A DNA stretch of 62,370 nt, filler included. It is 6 parts of 6 records of this genome, joined end to end, with 100 filler letters (N's around TTAATTAATTAA, not from the genome) between each part and the next. Parts side by side here need not be neighbours in the genome. Positions count along the whole stretch, not along the records: positions 1 to 7,795 come from SRR31147125_18428; positions 7,896 to 30,764 come from SRR31147125_18441; 4 more parts are not named here. The stretch is one strand, 5' to 3'. How positions within the stretch are numbered: the stretch's first letter is position 1; each line of letters begins with the position of its first letter. The position numbers and the translations under genes are program-made. Below the pieces are notes generated by a model. The model had not been told where the DNA came from, did not search any database, and was given only the letters and a program-made list of their open reading frames with translations. Below, piece by piece: positions 1-9,943 of this stretch.

Positions 1-111
1 AGTCGTGCCTCCTTCGAAATGACAACTCCTGTTTTTTGTCAGCGGTTCATTATGCCCAAAATTTTTAGGTCGACTCTCGGAATGACGCAAGCGAAATTTT
101 TAGAATAAACA

Positions 112-1332
112 TTAGTGTTCGTGAGGCTCTGCCAACATTCCTTTTACATACCCAATATTCCCATCGGTTTTTACAGGCTGCAATCCTAAAATTTCGGCAA
201 AAAGCACATACAAATTTGTATTTTGAATAGTTGGATGGAGGTATCCTTTTTTAAAGGCCGGCCCCACTGCATAAAAGATGGCATGCATATCTCTCCATGC
301 CAGATCGTAACCGTGTGTCCCGCCATTCCCGTATTTCGTACTTTTCCAATAAATGCTCCATCCCGGATCGGCAGCAATTACCAAATCGTAAATCCTTTCA
401 TTATTTCCGTAGTGGAAGCGTTTGGGCAGAGCATTTTTAGGCCAGCATTTCAGATGCGAAACCCTTGCTAGTGCGAGCGACACGGAATCGGCACAAGCTG
501 CAGAAACCGGGTCAATCATATAAACCGGATTACCGCCTTTAATATCCTTAATCCAACTCTCCTTTACATATTTATCTATCTGAATTGCTTTTTCAGTTGA
601 AATACTTCCCATTCCATGATCGGCGGTAAAAACCAGGTTAATAGAATCGGCATGCGGCAGCTCACTTACTTTGTGCCAAAAATCACCAACTATAGAATCC
701 AGGTATTCAACCATTTCATGCGTCTCATGACTTTCCGGACCAAAATCGTGCCCCACTCCATCGGGTTCGTGCATGTACCACATAATTAAATGCGGGCGTT
801 TTTGCGAAGGTTTTTGCAGCCAGGCAACTACCGAATCGGCACGTGCTTCGAAAGACACCGAACCATCATACTTTTTCCAGGTTGAAGGATAATACCCGCC
901 AACCGGCGCTTCAGAACCGGGCCAATAGAAACAAGCCGAGCGTACATTTTGCTTTTCAGCTGTTACCCAAATGGGCTCGCCACCATAGAAATCAGCATTT
1001 TGAACAGCTTCCCTGTCGCCTAATCGATATTCCCCCAATTCCTTGTCAAAAAAATTATTCTGAACAATGCCATGATTTTCGGGATAAAGCCCCGTTGCCA
1101 TAGAAAAATGATTTGGGAAAGTTTTACTTGGAAAACAAGGTTGAAGCGACCGAACTGTCACACCAACTTTGGCAATTGAATCAAGATTTGTAGTGTGGTA
1201 CAAGTTGGGATAATCCCACCGGAATGCATCCATCGACAAAACCACAACATACGGCAAATTGGTTTTATACTTTTCCTGTGCACTTAATAAAACAGGCAAA
1301 ACAGCCAGTAAAACGGCTACAAATCTCAGCAT
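112..1332 (-). CDS. Type I phosphodiesterase / nucleotide pyrophosphatase (alkaline phosphatase superfamily), exported
   Basis: Signal peptide; motifs SMDAFRWDY, FPSKTFPNH (catalytic Thr), EPDGVGH, TADHGM, GTHGY. Confidence 0.9.
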   Translation of the reverse strand: MLRFVAVLLAVLPVLLSAQEKYKTNLPYVVVLSMDAFRWDYPNLYHTTNLDSIAKVGVTVRSLQPCFPSKTFPNHFSMATGLYPENHGIVQNNFFDKELGEYRLGDREAVQNADFYGGEPIWVTAEKQNVRSACFYWPGSEAPVGGYYPSTWKKYDGSVSFEARADSVVAWLQKPSQKRPHLIMWYMHEPDGVGHDFGPESHETHEMVEYLDSIVGDFWHKVSELPHADSINLVFTADHGMGSISTEKAIQIDKYVKESWIKDIKGGNPVYMIDPVSAACADSVSLALARVSHLKCWPKNALPKRFHYGNNERIYDLVIAADPGWSIYWKSTKYGNGGTHGYDLAWRDMHAIFYAVGPAFKKGYLHPTIQNTNLYVLFAEILGLQPVKTDGNIGYVKGMLAEPHEH

Positions 1333-1343
1333 CGACTTAACTT

Positions 1344-3563
1344 TTATCGTTTAAAAATTTTATACGTGTTTATTGTACTATCCTTAAATTCCAATTTCAA
1401 CAAATAAATACCAGGCTTAAAATCTTCCATATTTATTTCTGCTGAAAATAAACTTTCACAATTCTTATCGAGTAATAAAGCTCCCGAAACAGAAAAAATC
1501 TGCACATTTCTAATTTGTACTGATGCTGAAATATTTATCTGCCCGGCAGTAGGGTTAGGAAAAACTCTTACATCATTCTTTTCAATCTCTTCAACAGCAA
1601 CAACAAATTCGCCGTTATTTTGCTTAAAACGATATGCAAACTGCTGATAAAACTGATTTGCAATATCTGCATCATGAATAATTAGAGTATTCTCATCGTT
1701 GCGTTCGTTGGCCGACATGCTCCAGTTATGACTTCCGTTAATAACCTGCGGATCGAAATCCTCGTTATTTACATCGATAATCGCAAGTTTGTGATGGAGC
1801 ATTCCTGTGGCATCATCATCGAAAATGTATTTTCCGGTTGGTAAAGATGAGCTCAACATTGAATTTACATAGTCATCGTTGTCCTCTTCTTCATTCGTAA
1901 TAACATGCACATTTGCACCTCTGTCGTATGCATCAGTAATTGCCTCTGCCAACTCTGTTCGGGTAATCAACATTGTTTCTACACTTAAATCATTATCGGC
2001 AGTTTCCATTGCGTCAATTAACCTCTGATTGGTATTGTCTGATGGACTGAAATAACACTCAACGCGATTCCCTCCAATTAGAAATTCGTGCGGTGTGTTA
2101 TCGGTTTTGTCGGCTCCAAACTTTGCATTGCCGCTATTCGGTTCATCCCCGGTTCCACCCCACATTTCTTCAAATTCGAGCTGGTATGCTTTTGCCAAAG
2201 ACTGATCTTGTACGAATAAAATGTTGTTCGCATCGATATTTAATTGGTCCTGAGTTAAATTTGTAGAGCCGCCCCACACCCAGCAATTATCTGCATCTTC
2301 TACATCAAAAACCATAAACTTATTGTGCATAATTCCTTCTCCGGAAACATACGGACGTTCAAGAACCTCGATATCGGAAGTTAAATCATCAACACTATAA
2401 TGCGATGTTGAACCACATGTTATTAACCTGATTTTTACTCCACGACTTACTGCCGAATTTAAAGCATTGCTCACTGTGCTGTTATTGAAATTGTAAATAG
2501 CAATATCAATACTTTGTTCTGCCTGGTTTATAAAATATGCCAGAGTATCTTCAATGTTATCTCCAATATAATTTGCAATTGTTTCTTCCGCCACGCTTTC
2601 ATCAATTTCAGAATTAAAGTATACCCTCATTTCTCCGCTGGAATTCGACTCAGTAATACAAGTTTGAATAGCAGAAAAAACAGTGTCGTTTTCGCTAACA
2701 TTAAAAACCTGTGCATAAACTATTTCAGCGGGTTGTAATCCTGTTATTTCTACTAAATGTAAAATGGACTCATCAGAAGTTGTTGAATCACCGGCTTTGT
2801 AATTGGTTAAAGCAGATTCGTTGTTCGAACTGCCATACCTTACAAAAGGAGTTGCTCCCCCATCCGTTGTCCAATACAACTCTATTGAATTTTGGGTTAT
2901 CCCTCCAACTTCAACAGGAGAAGTAAAACTAAAAGAAGCATCTGAAAAAATGTCGTCTAAATCTCGTGGAATAAGCTGATAACCATTTTGAGTATCGTTA
3001 TTGCTTGTTGAATATTGCGAACAAATTGCCTGCAGACTTATTTCTCCTGTTGGAATAGTTTGCCCAACCAGTGGACTGTCGCTCATAATTCGTACAACGC
3101 TGGCTTGCCCGTTTACTGAAAAGCTGTAATTCTGATTACTTCCAAAAGTGCTTCCCTGGTTGGAAAATATCACATTTTTAATCAACACCAGCTCTCCTTC
3201 ATAATCTTCGCCAATTTGCGCTACTGATATTTCTTTAGCGTCAGGAAGTTGATTTTCCGAAGAATGAATAATAGGATTGCTAACGTTAACGACTTCAAGA
3301 AGATTACTATAATCTGACAAAACACCGGTTACAGTAATTGAATCTCCGCGTTTAATATTTTCCAAACTACCATCGTATAACGCAATTCCGGCCGTTGCAT
3401 CTTGTATATAACGAATCGTTCCTAATTCACTCCCATTAGTCACAATTCCTGAAATAGTAACTGTATTCCCTTCGTTATAGCTGCGTGCAGTGGAAATAGA
3501 AATTTGCGCGTTTACTGAAATCGCCAACACGCTTAATAATAAAAATGAAAAAATCCTTGCCAT
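1344..3563 (-). CDS. T9SS-secreted phospholipase D-superfamily protein (N-terminal OB-fold-like and Fn3-like domains, two HKD motifs, type A CTD)
   Basis: HNKFMVFD and HHKLAIID motifs; GSTNLT/GSHNWS; C-terminal VFPNP...PGIYLLKL...KIFKR. Confidence 0.85.
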   Translation of the reverse strand: MARIFSFLLLSVLAISVNAQISISTARSYNEGNTVTISGIVTNGSELGTIRYIQDATAGIALYDGSLENIKRGDSITVTGVLSDYSNLLEVVNVSNPIIHSSENQLPDAKEISVAQIGEDYEGELVLIKNVIFSNQGSTFGSNQNYSFSVNGQASVVRIMSDSPLVGQTIPTGEISLQAICSQYSTSNNDTQNGYQLIPRDLDDIFSDASFSFTSPVEVGGITQNSIELYWTTDGGATPFVRYGSSNNESALTNYKAGDSTTSDESILHLVEITGLQPAEIVYAQVFNVSENDTVFSAIQTCITESNSSGEMRVYFNSEIDESVAEETIANYIGDNIEDTLAYFINQAEQSIDIAIYNFNNSTVSNALNSAVSRGVKIRLITCGSTSHYSVDDLTSDIEVLERPYVSGEGIMHNKFMVFDVEDADNCWVWGGSTNLTQDQLNIDANNILFVQDQSLAKAYQLEFEEMWGGTGDEPNSGNAKFGADKTDNTPHEFLIGGNRVECYFSPSDNTNQRLIDAMETADNDLSVETMLITRTELAEAITDAYDRGANVHVITNEEEDNDDYVNSMLSSSLPTGKYIFDDDATGMLHHKLAIIDVNNEDFDPQVINGSHNWSMSANERNDENTLIIHDADIANQFYQQFAYRFKQNNGEFVVAVEEIEKNDVRVFPNPTAGQINISASVQIRNVQIFSVSGALLLDKNCESLFSAEINMEDFKPGIYLLKLEFKDSTINTYKIFKR

Positions 3564-3635
3564 AAAACAATCATTTCAATTAGGGGTGAAAGTAAAAAAA
3601 TTTAACTGACTGCTCTAAAAAAAGGAGATTAAGAA

Positions 3636-3986
3636 TTATTGTTTGGCCACAATTAACTTTTTTGTGAAACGTTTATTGTTTGTTGTTTTAACCTGCACAA
3701 GATAAATCCCGTTGGGAATATTCTGAAGCTGCACCTGTGTTTTATAAACCGAAACAAAATATTCTTTCCGATAAACTTCTTTGCCGGTAATACTTACAAG
3801 GCGAACTTCTGCTATTTCATTCATATTAAAATCGACGGTAACCTTATTTATTTTGCAAGGATTGGGATAAACTTTTAGTTCGTTCTTATTTTGCTGGTTT
3901 TTAACCTGAATACTGTCCCAACTATTTTGAGCGGTAACTGTTGCGACACAAAAAATGGCTATTAACACAAGTAAAAATTGTTTCAT
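3636..3986 (-). CDS. Small T9SS type A sorting-domain protein
   Basis: Signal peptide MKQFLLVLIAIFCVATVTA; VYPNP...GIYLVQV...KKLIV; start moved to ATG 3986. Confidence 0.8.
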   Translation of the reverse strand: MKQFLLVLIAIFCVATVTAQNSWDSIQVKNQQNKNELKVYPNPCKINKVTVDFNMNEIAEVRLVSITGKEVYRKEYFVSVYKTQVQLQNIPNGIYLVQVKTTNNKRFTKKLIVAKQ

Positions 3987-4052
3987 GGCTTTTCTGTTTT
4001 CCGAAAGGCACTTAACAAATAACATGCCTTCTTTTATAGCGACAAGAAAAAA

Positions 4053-4787
4053 TCAGAACAGTTGCAAGGCAGCCTCTAAATCTTCAGGTGTATCTATCCC
4101 AATTGATTGTGTTTTAGTTTCGGCAGTTCGAATTTTATAACCATTCCCGAGCCAACGCAATTGTTCCAGCGATTCGGCTTTTTCTAATTTACCTTGCTCT
4201 AATTTAGTTATTTCCTGAAGCACATTCTTTTTAAAGGCGTACATGCCAATATGTGCCCAGTATTTATTTTCCGAAATCCAGCTATCTTTTTCACAACCAC
4301 GAAGATAAGGGATTGGAGAGCGGCTAAAATAAAGAGCATTTTTTTCATTATCTAAAACAACTTTGGGGCGGTTCGGATTAAAAAGTTCTTCCGAAGTTTC
4401 TATCTCTTTCACCAAGGTAGCAATCTCAACATCGTCGTAAAAACACGCTTTTAACTGCTCAATTTGTTCCGGTTTTATAAAAGGCTCGTCTCCCTGAATA
4501 TTAACCACCACATCGAAATCAACTTCCTCTGCCAGCTTTTGCGCAGCTTCGGCACAACGGTCGGTTCCACTTTGGTGTGTTGCAAGCGTATTTACCACAT
4601 TGCCTCCAAAAGCTTTTACTGTATCAAAAATACGCTTATCGTCGGTTGCCACACACGCATAATCGAGTGCTTTTGCAGCATTTTCATAAACCCACTGTAT
4701 CATCGGCTTATCTTTAATTATAGCCAATGGTTTCCCGGGAAAACGTGTTGATTGATATCGGGCCGGTATAATTCCTACAAACTTCAT
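4053..4787 (-). CDS. kdsB: 3-deoxy-manno-octulosonate cytidylyltransferase
   Basis: IIPARYQSTRFPGKPL, SGTDR, NIQGDEP, ESLEQLR, IDTPEDL. Confidence 0.97.
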   Translation of the reverse strand: MKFVGIIPARYQSTRFPGKPLAIIKDKPMIQWVYENAAKALDYACVATDDKRIFDTVKAFGGNVVNTLATHQSGTDRCAEAAQKLAEEVDFDVVVNIQGDEPFIKPEQIEQLKACFYDDVEIATLVKEIETSEELFNPNRPKVVLDNEKNALYFSRSPIPYLRGCEKDSWISENKYWAHIGMYAFKKNVLQEITKLEQGKLEKAESLEQLRWLGNGYKIRTAETKTQSIGIDTPEDLEAALQLF

Positions 4788-5016
4788 ATTTTATTAATTT
4801 GAGTACTGAACAAAGCACTGAGTACTTTCGACGGAATAAATTTTCGACAAAGATAACAATCAAAAAAAACAACTGCCCGGATTAACATTAAAACATCTTA
4901 AATGCAATTTTCATTCAAAATACACCTTGTAAATGCCTAAAAAAACTTAATTGTAACCGTCTAATTATCATTGCCAACGAAAAATTGTAAATTTGCACAC
5001 TGTTTATTTATAAAGC

Positions 5017-6249
5017 ATGGATGTACAATCAATTAAACAACGATTTGAAATAATAGGAAACACACCCGTTTTAAACCGCGCCATTGAGGTTGCGGTACAG
5101 GTGGCACCAACCGATTTATCGGTACTGGTAACCGGAGAAAGCGGTGTGGGTAAAGAAATATTTCCACAGATTATTCACCAGTTTTCGAGTAGAAAACATG
5201 GAAAATATATTGCAGTAAACTGCGGTGCAATTCCCGAAGGCACAATCGACTCTGAACTTTTCGGACACGAAAAAGGAGCATTTACCGGTGCATTAGCCGA
5301 TAGAAAAGGATATTTTCAGGAAGCCGATGGCGGTACAATTTTTCTGGATGAAATTGGAGAATTGCCGCTTTCAACCCAGGTTCGATTATTACGTGTTCTC
5401 GAGACCGGCGAATTTATAAAAGTTGGCTCGTCGAAGGTTGTTAAAACAAATGTTAGGGTTATTGCTGCAACCAATGTAAATATTCCACAGGCAATTGAAG
5501 AAGGTAAATTCCGCGAAGACCTGTATTACAGGTTAAACACCGTTCCAATTTCGATTTCGTCGCTTCGCGAAAGGGCCGAAGACATAAACCTGCTGTTCCG
5601 AAAATTTGCCCGCGATTTTGCGGAAAAATACCGCATGCCCCCTGTTCGTTTAACAGAAGAGGCTCGAATTGGATTAATGAATTTCCGTTGGCCGGGTAAT
5701 ATCAGGCAATTAAAAAACGTTACCGAACAAATTTCAATAATTGAAAAGGAACGCGAAATTACGGGAGATGTACTCCAAAACTACCTGCCTCAATCCGGAA
5801 CTAAAAATCTACCAGCAGTATTCCCGCATTCAGAAGATAACCAGTCTTTTTCCAACGAACGTGAAATTTTGTACAAGGTTCTTTTCGATATGAAAAACGA
5901 CATGAACGACTTGAAAAAACTGGTACTTGATTTAATGGAAAACCGGGAAGACCCGATTTCGGGCGATCAGGCACAAATAATTCGCAATCTTTATAATACT
6001 GAAGATGGAAGTTTTGCCGCTAAAGAGCCTGTGCACAATCCTATTCATATTACTCATGTTGAAAAAGAAAACATTCAGGATACTGAAGAGTTTGTAGAAG
6101 AATCGCTTTCTTTGGCCGACAAAGAAATTGAATTAATAAAAAAAGCCCTGGAAAAGCACCGTGGCAAACGAAAATATGCAGCACAAGAACTGGGTATTTC
6201 GGAACGAACGCTTTACAGGAAAATTAAAGAATACGATATCAAAGGATAA
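5017..6249 (+). CDS. Sigma-54 interaction domain AAA+ regulator with Fis-type HTH and no N-terminal sensor
   Basis: GESGVGKE, GAFTGA, FLDEIGE, FREDLYYRL, WPGNIRQL, C-terminal LGISERTLYRK. Confidence 0.92.
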   Translation: MDVQSIKQRFEIIGNTPVLNRAIEVAVQVAPTDLSVLVTGESGVGKEIFPQIIHQFSSRKHGKYIAVNCGAIPEGTIDSELFGHEKGAFTGALADRKGYFQEADGGTIFLDEIGELPLSTQVRLLRVLETGEFIKVGSSKVVKTNVRVIAATNVNIPQAIEEGKFREDLYYRLNTVPISISSLRERAEDINLLFRKFARDFAEKYRMPPVRLTEEARIGLMNFRWPGNIRQLKNVTEQISIIEKEREITGDVLQNYLPQSGTKNLPAVFPHSEDNQSFSNEREILYKVLFDMKNDMNDLKKLVLDLMENREDPISGDQAQIIRNLYNTEDGSFAAKEPVHNPIHITHVEKENIQDTEEFVEESLSLADKEIELIKKALEKHRGKRKYAAQELGISERTLYRKIKEYDIKG

Positions 6250-6251
6250 TC

Positions 6252-6766
6252 ATGCTAAAAAAATATTACTGTTTGCTATTATAGCACTTGTTATGGGCAG
6301 CATTGCTCTATCGTGTAAAATAAATTATTCGTTTACTGGAGCCAACTTATCGCCTGAAGTTAAAACATTTACGGTTTATTATTTCCCGAACCGGGCCCGG
6401 TTAATTAATCCAACACTGAGCCAGACTTTAACCGAAGACCTGCGTGATAAGCTTTCCCGCCAAACTTCGTTAAACGAATTATCGGAAAACGGAGATATTG
6501 AATTCGAAGGCCAAATTACCGGATACGAATTCCGTCCAATAGATGTTCAGGCAGATGATATTTCGGCACAAACCCGTTTAACCATTACAATAAAACTGAA
6601 GTACACCAACCACAAAGTTCCTGAAGACGATTTTGAACAAACATTCTCGGCTTACGAAGATTTCGACAGCAGCCAGGATATCAGCTCTGTGGAAGATGAA
6701 TTAACAGAGACGATTATTGAAAATCTAACAGAAGATATTTTTAACGCCACTATTGCAAATTGGTAA
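6252..6766 (+). CDS. lptE: LptE-family LPS assembly lipoprotein (apparent 1-nt deletion in A7 run just after the start)
   Basis: ATG 6252 plus one restored A reads MLKKILLFAIIA...LSC (lipobox); YSFTGA, IFNATIANW; position between AAA regulator and secG as in other Bacteroidota. Confidence 0.8.
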
Positions 6767-6767
6767 A

Positions 6768-7362
6768 ATGAACAGGGAACGCTTTTTTATTTCATACAAA
6801 ATCCCCAAAGGCTAAACTACGATACGCTTTACGAGTTAAAAGATTTAACCGAAGAATATCCGTGGTTTCAGGCAGGATGGATATTGTATTTAAAAAACCT
6901 GAAAAAGTTGATTCGCCTGAATATAAAAGCACGCTAAAAAAAGCTGCAATACTTGTTCCCGACCGCAAACAGCTTTATAAATTCATTAACGACGAGATTG
7001 AATTTAACGGTTTAAAAACTGCTGAAAGCCCTGCTATGAGTTACCAACTGAGCGACGGAGGCACATCGGAAGAAGGAGATTCTCTAATCGACAAATTTTT
7101 GAGTTCTAACATAGGAGGTTTAAACAGAAACGGCAATAATTCTGACGAACAAAAAACAGGAATAAATAAAGAACTTATACAAAAATCGGTAGAAGAAAAC
7201 GATGAACTGATAACCGAAACATTAGCAAACATTTACTTTCAGCAAAAGAACTACGACAAGGCTCTTGATGCCTATAAAAAATTAAGTTTGAAATATCCGG
7301 AAAAAAATATTTACTTTGCAACCCGAATTGAAGAAATAGAAAAATTAAAGAACACTAATTAG
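6768..7362 (+). CDS. Conserved Bacteroidota TPR protein (two apparent homopolymer frameshifts)
   Basis: Restored read MNRERFFYFIQNP...EEYPWFQAGWILYLKNLKKVDSPEY; C-terminal ITETLANIYFQQKNYDKALDAYKKLSLKYPEK. Confidence 0.75.
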
Positions 7363-7369
7363 AAACAAG

Positions 7370-7735
7370 ATGTATATTTTTATTACAGTATTAATATTTA
7401 TTGTTTGCATCCTTTTAGTTTTAATTGTATTAGTACAAAACTCAAAAGGCGGAGGTTTAGCAAGCAACTTTCAATCATCAGGCCAGGTAATGGGCGTACG
7501 TAAAACAACCGACTTTTTAGAAAAAGGCACATGGGTATTAGCAGCAGTATTGTTGTTTCTTTGTGTAGTTGGCGCCGGATTTATTCCACGCGAACAACGC
7601 GGAGCTGAGCATTCGCGAGTTCAGGAACAAATTGAAACTGCAGTAGATCCTACTCAGGTTCCAACTTTCCCAACAACTCCAGCTGAAGCTACAGAGGAAA
7701 CTCCTGCAGCTGACGAAAACGGCGGAGACAACTAA
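7370..7735 (+). CDS. secG: Preprotein translocase subunit SecG
   Basis: Two TM segments; VLVQNSKGGGL, TTDFLEKGTW. Confidence 0.93.
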   Translation: MYIFITVLIFIVCILLVLIVLVQNSKGGGLASNFQSSGQVMGVRKTTDFLEKGTWVLAAVLLFLCVVGAGFIPREQRGAEHSRVQEQIETAVDPTQVPTFPTTPAEATEETPAADENGGDN

Positions 7736-7759
7736 GAATATTAGATATATCCATTATAT

Positions 7760-7795
7760 AAAAAAGCTATTCGATAATTTCGAATAGCTTTTTTT
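7760..7795 (+). terminator. Intrinsic terminator after secG
   Basis: AAAAAAGCTATTCGA-TAATT-TCGAATAGCTTTTTT. Confidence 0.85.
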
Positions 7796-7895
7796 NNNNN
7801 NNNNNNNNNNNNNNNNNNNNNNNNNNNNNNNNNNNNNNNTTAATTAATTAANNNNNNNNNNNNNNNNNNNNNNNNNNNNNNNNNNNNNNNNNNNN
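7796..7895. other. Artificial contig linker
   Basis: N44-TTAATTAATTAA-N44; gene content and composition change across it. Confidence 0.98.
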
Positions 7896-7896
7896 A

Positions 7897-8970
7897 TGTT
7901 TTAGAGATGAAGATTTAAGAGCAGACCGTCAGCCAGAGTTTACTCAAGTCGATATTGAAGCATCATTTGTTGAACAACAAGATATTCTTACATTAACTGA
8001 AAACATATTAAAACATACATTTAAAAAAGTACTAAATATGGACATACAAACACCATTTAGACATATGACATATAAAGATGCGATAGATCTATATGGTTCT
8101 GATAAACCAGATGCTAGATTTGAGTTATTGATTAGTGACTTTAAACCATTTGTTGAGCATTTAGATATTCCATTATTTAATGATAAATCATCAATTAGAT
8201 GCATTCGATTAGAAAATGCGGCAAGTCTATCTAGAAAACAAGTTGATAAATTGTCAGCACTCGTTAAGAAAAATCATGGTGAAGCGCTTGCGTTTATTAA
8301 AAAACAAAATGGTGAAGTCAAAGGAAGTATATTGAAATTCTTAGATGAAAAAACCATTGAAAGACTTGCATTAAAAGATGAAGAAATGATATTTATTGTA
8401 CCAGGGAAATATAGAGATGTATCTCAAGCATTAGGTGCGCTTCGTATTGAATTAGCTTCTCAATTCCATTTGATTGATGAACAAAAATATGAATTCTTAT
8501 GGGTTGTAGACTGGCCTTTATTAGAGTATGATGAAGAAGAAGGAAGATATTATGCGACACATCATCCATTTACAGCACCTAAAGATCCAAAAGTTCTCAA
8601 GGACAATCCAAAAGCTGCAATGGCAAATGCATATGATGTTGTTTTAAATGGTTATGAACTAGGTGGAGGCTCACTTAGAATTCATGACCAAGATGTTCAA
8701 TCATTAATGTTTGATACGTTAGGTTTATCTAAAGAAGATGTGAGTATGCGTTTTGGATTTTTTGTTGATGCATTGAAATATGGGACACCACCACATGGTG
8801 GGTTAGCACTTGGACTTGATCGACTTGTCATGTTAATGACAAAAACAAATAATATTAAAGATGTGATCGCTTTTCCAAAAACACAAAGTGCGAAAGATCA
8901 AATGATGCAAGCACCGAGTGAAGTTGATCGAGAACAATTGGACGAACTACATTTGAAAGTTGGTGAATAA
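7897..8970 (+). CDS. aspS: Aspartate--tRNA ligase, 5'-truncated
   Basis: Frame open from the contig edge: [54 protein letters not shown]. Confidence 0.96.
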   Translation, partial: CFRDEDLRADRQPEFTQVDIEASFVEQQDILTLTENILKHTFKKVLNMDIQTPFRHMTYKDAIDLYGSDKPDARFELLISDFKPFVEHLDIPLFNDKSSIRCIRLENAASLSRKQVDKLSALVKKNHGEALAFIKKQNGEVKGSILKFLDEKTIERLALKDEEMIFIVPGKYRDVSQALGALRIELASQFHLIDEQKYEFLWVVDWPLLEYDEEEGRYYATHHPFTAPKDPKVLKDNPKAAMANAYDVVLNGYELGGGSLRIHDQDVQSLMFDTLGLSKEDVSMRFGFFVDALKYGTPPHGGLALGLDRLVMLMTKTNNIKDVIAFPKTQSAKDQMMQAPSEVDREQLDELHLKVGE

Positions 8971-8971
8971 G

Positions 8972-9474
8972 TTGAAAAGAGTTATATTAGCAGGCGGATG
9001 TTTTTGGGGTGTAGAAGCCTATTTTGACCAATTAAAAGGTGTGACTGATACCTCAGTTGGCTATGTGGATGGAAATATGGAAAATCCCACATATGATTTA
9101 GTATGTTCAGGTATTGCTACGCATACTGAGGCAGTAGAAGTTGTTTATAATGAGCATGAGATAACTTTGGAAAAAATATTAGAACATTATCTACGTTTTG
9201 TCGATCCGTTTAGCATCAATAAACAAGGCAATGATCGAGGACCTCAATATCGAAGCGGTATTTATGTAGACGCAATAGAAGATGAGAAGGCTGTTGATGC
9301 TTATTTTAATGCTTATTTTAGTCAAAATAGAGATAAAGTACAAGTTAAAATTAAAGCAAACAAAGATTACGTGAAAGCTGAAGCATATCATCAAAAATAT
9401 CTTAATAAAAACCCTCGTGGTTATTGCCATATTGATTTAAATCTTGTGAAAGAAGATGAGAAAAAGATGCGTAA
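8972..9474 (+). CDS. msrA: Peptide-methionine (S)-S-oxide reductase (in frame with the next gene as sequenced; probably separate, ending at TAA 9472-9474)
   Basis: GGCFWG, QGNDRGPQYRSGIY, AEAYHQKYL, GYCH. Confidence 0.9.
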
Positions 9475-9943
9475 AGACTATATTTCTTGGCATGCATATT
9501 TCATGGGTGTTGCTAAATTATCAGCGATGCGTTCTAAAGATCCAGACACACAAGTTGGCGCATGCATTATTAATCAAGATATGCGTATCATTGGTATTGG
9601 TTATAATGGATTTCCTCAAGGGATATCTGATCAAGCGTTTCCATGGAAAAGACAAGGAGATTATTTGGATACAAAGTATCCATATGTTGTCCACGCTGAA
9701 GCCAATGCGATCCTTAATGCCACACAATCTTTAAAAGGTTCCACATTATATGTTACATTATTTCCATGTAACGAATGTGCCAAATTAATTATACAAAGTG
9801 GCATAAAATCAATTGTTTATGAATCTGATAAACATAGAGAAACTGATGCTCATAAAGCGTCATTGCGTATGTTAGATGCAGCAGGCGTTACCTATAAACA
9901 ATTAAGCACAGGTCATTTGGTTTATGAAGAAATTTCTAAGTAA
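9467..9943 (+). CDS. dCMP deaminase (ComEB/DCTD-like)
   Basis: SWHAYFM, RSKDPDTQVGA, VHAEANA, FPCNECAK. Confidence 0.92.
   Translation: MRKDYISWHAYFMGVAKLSAMRSKDPDTQVGACIINQDMRIIGIGYNGFPQGISDQAFPWKRQGDYLDTKYPYVVHAEANAILNATQSLKGSTLYVTLFPCNECAKLIIQSGIKSIVYESDKHRETDAHKASLRMLDAAGVTYKQLSTGHLVYEEISK

Noticed and set aside
5017-6249. Sensor-less sigma54 activator as a novelty
   Set aside because: Commonly found upstream of lptE-secG in Bacteroidota
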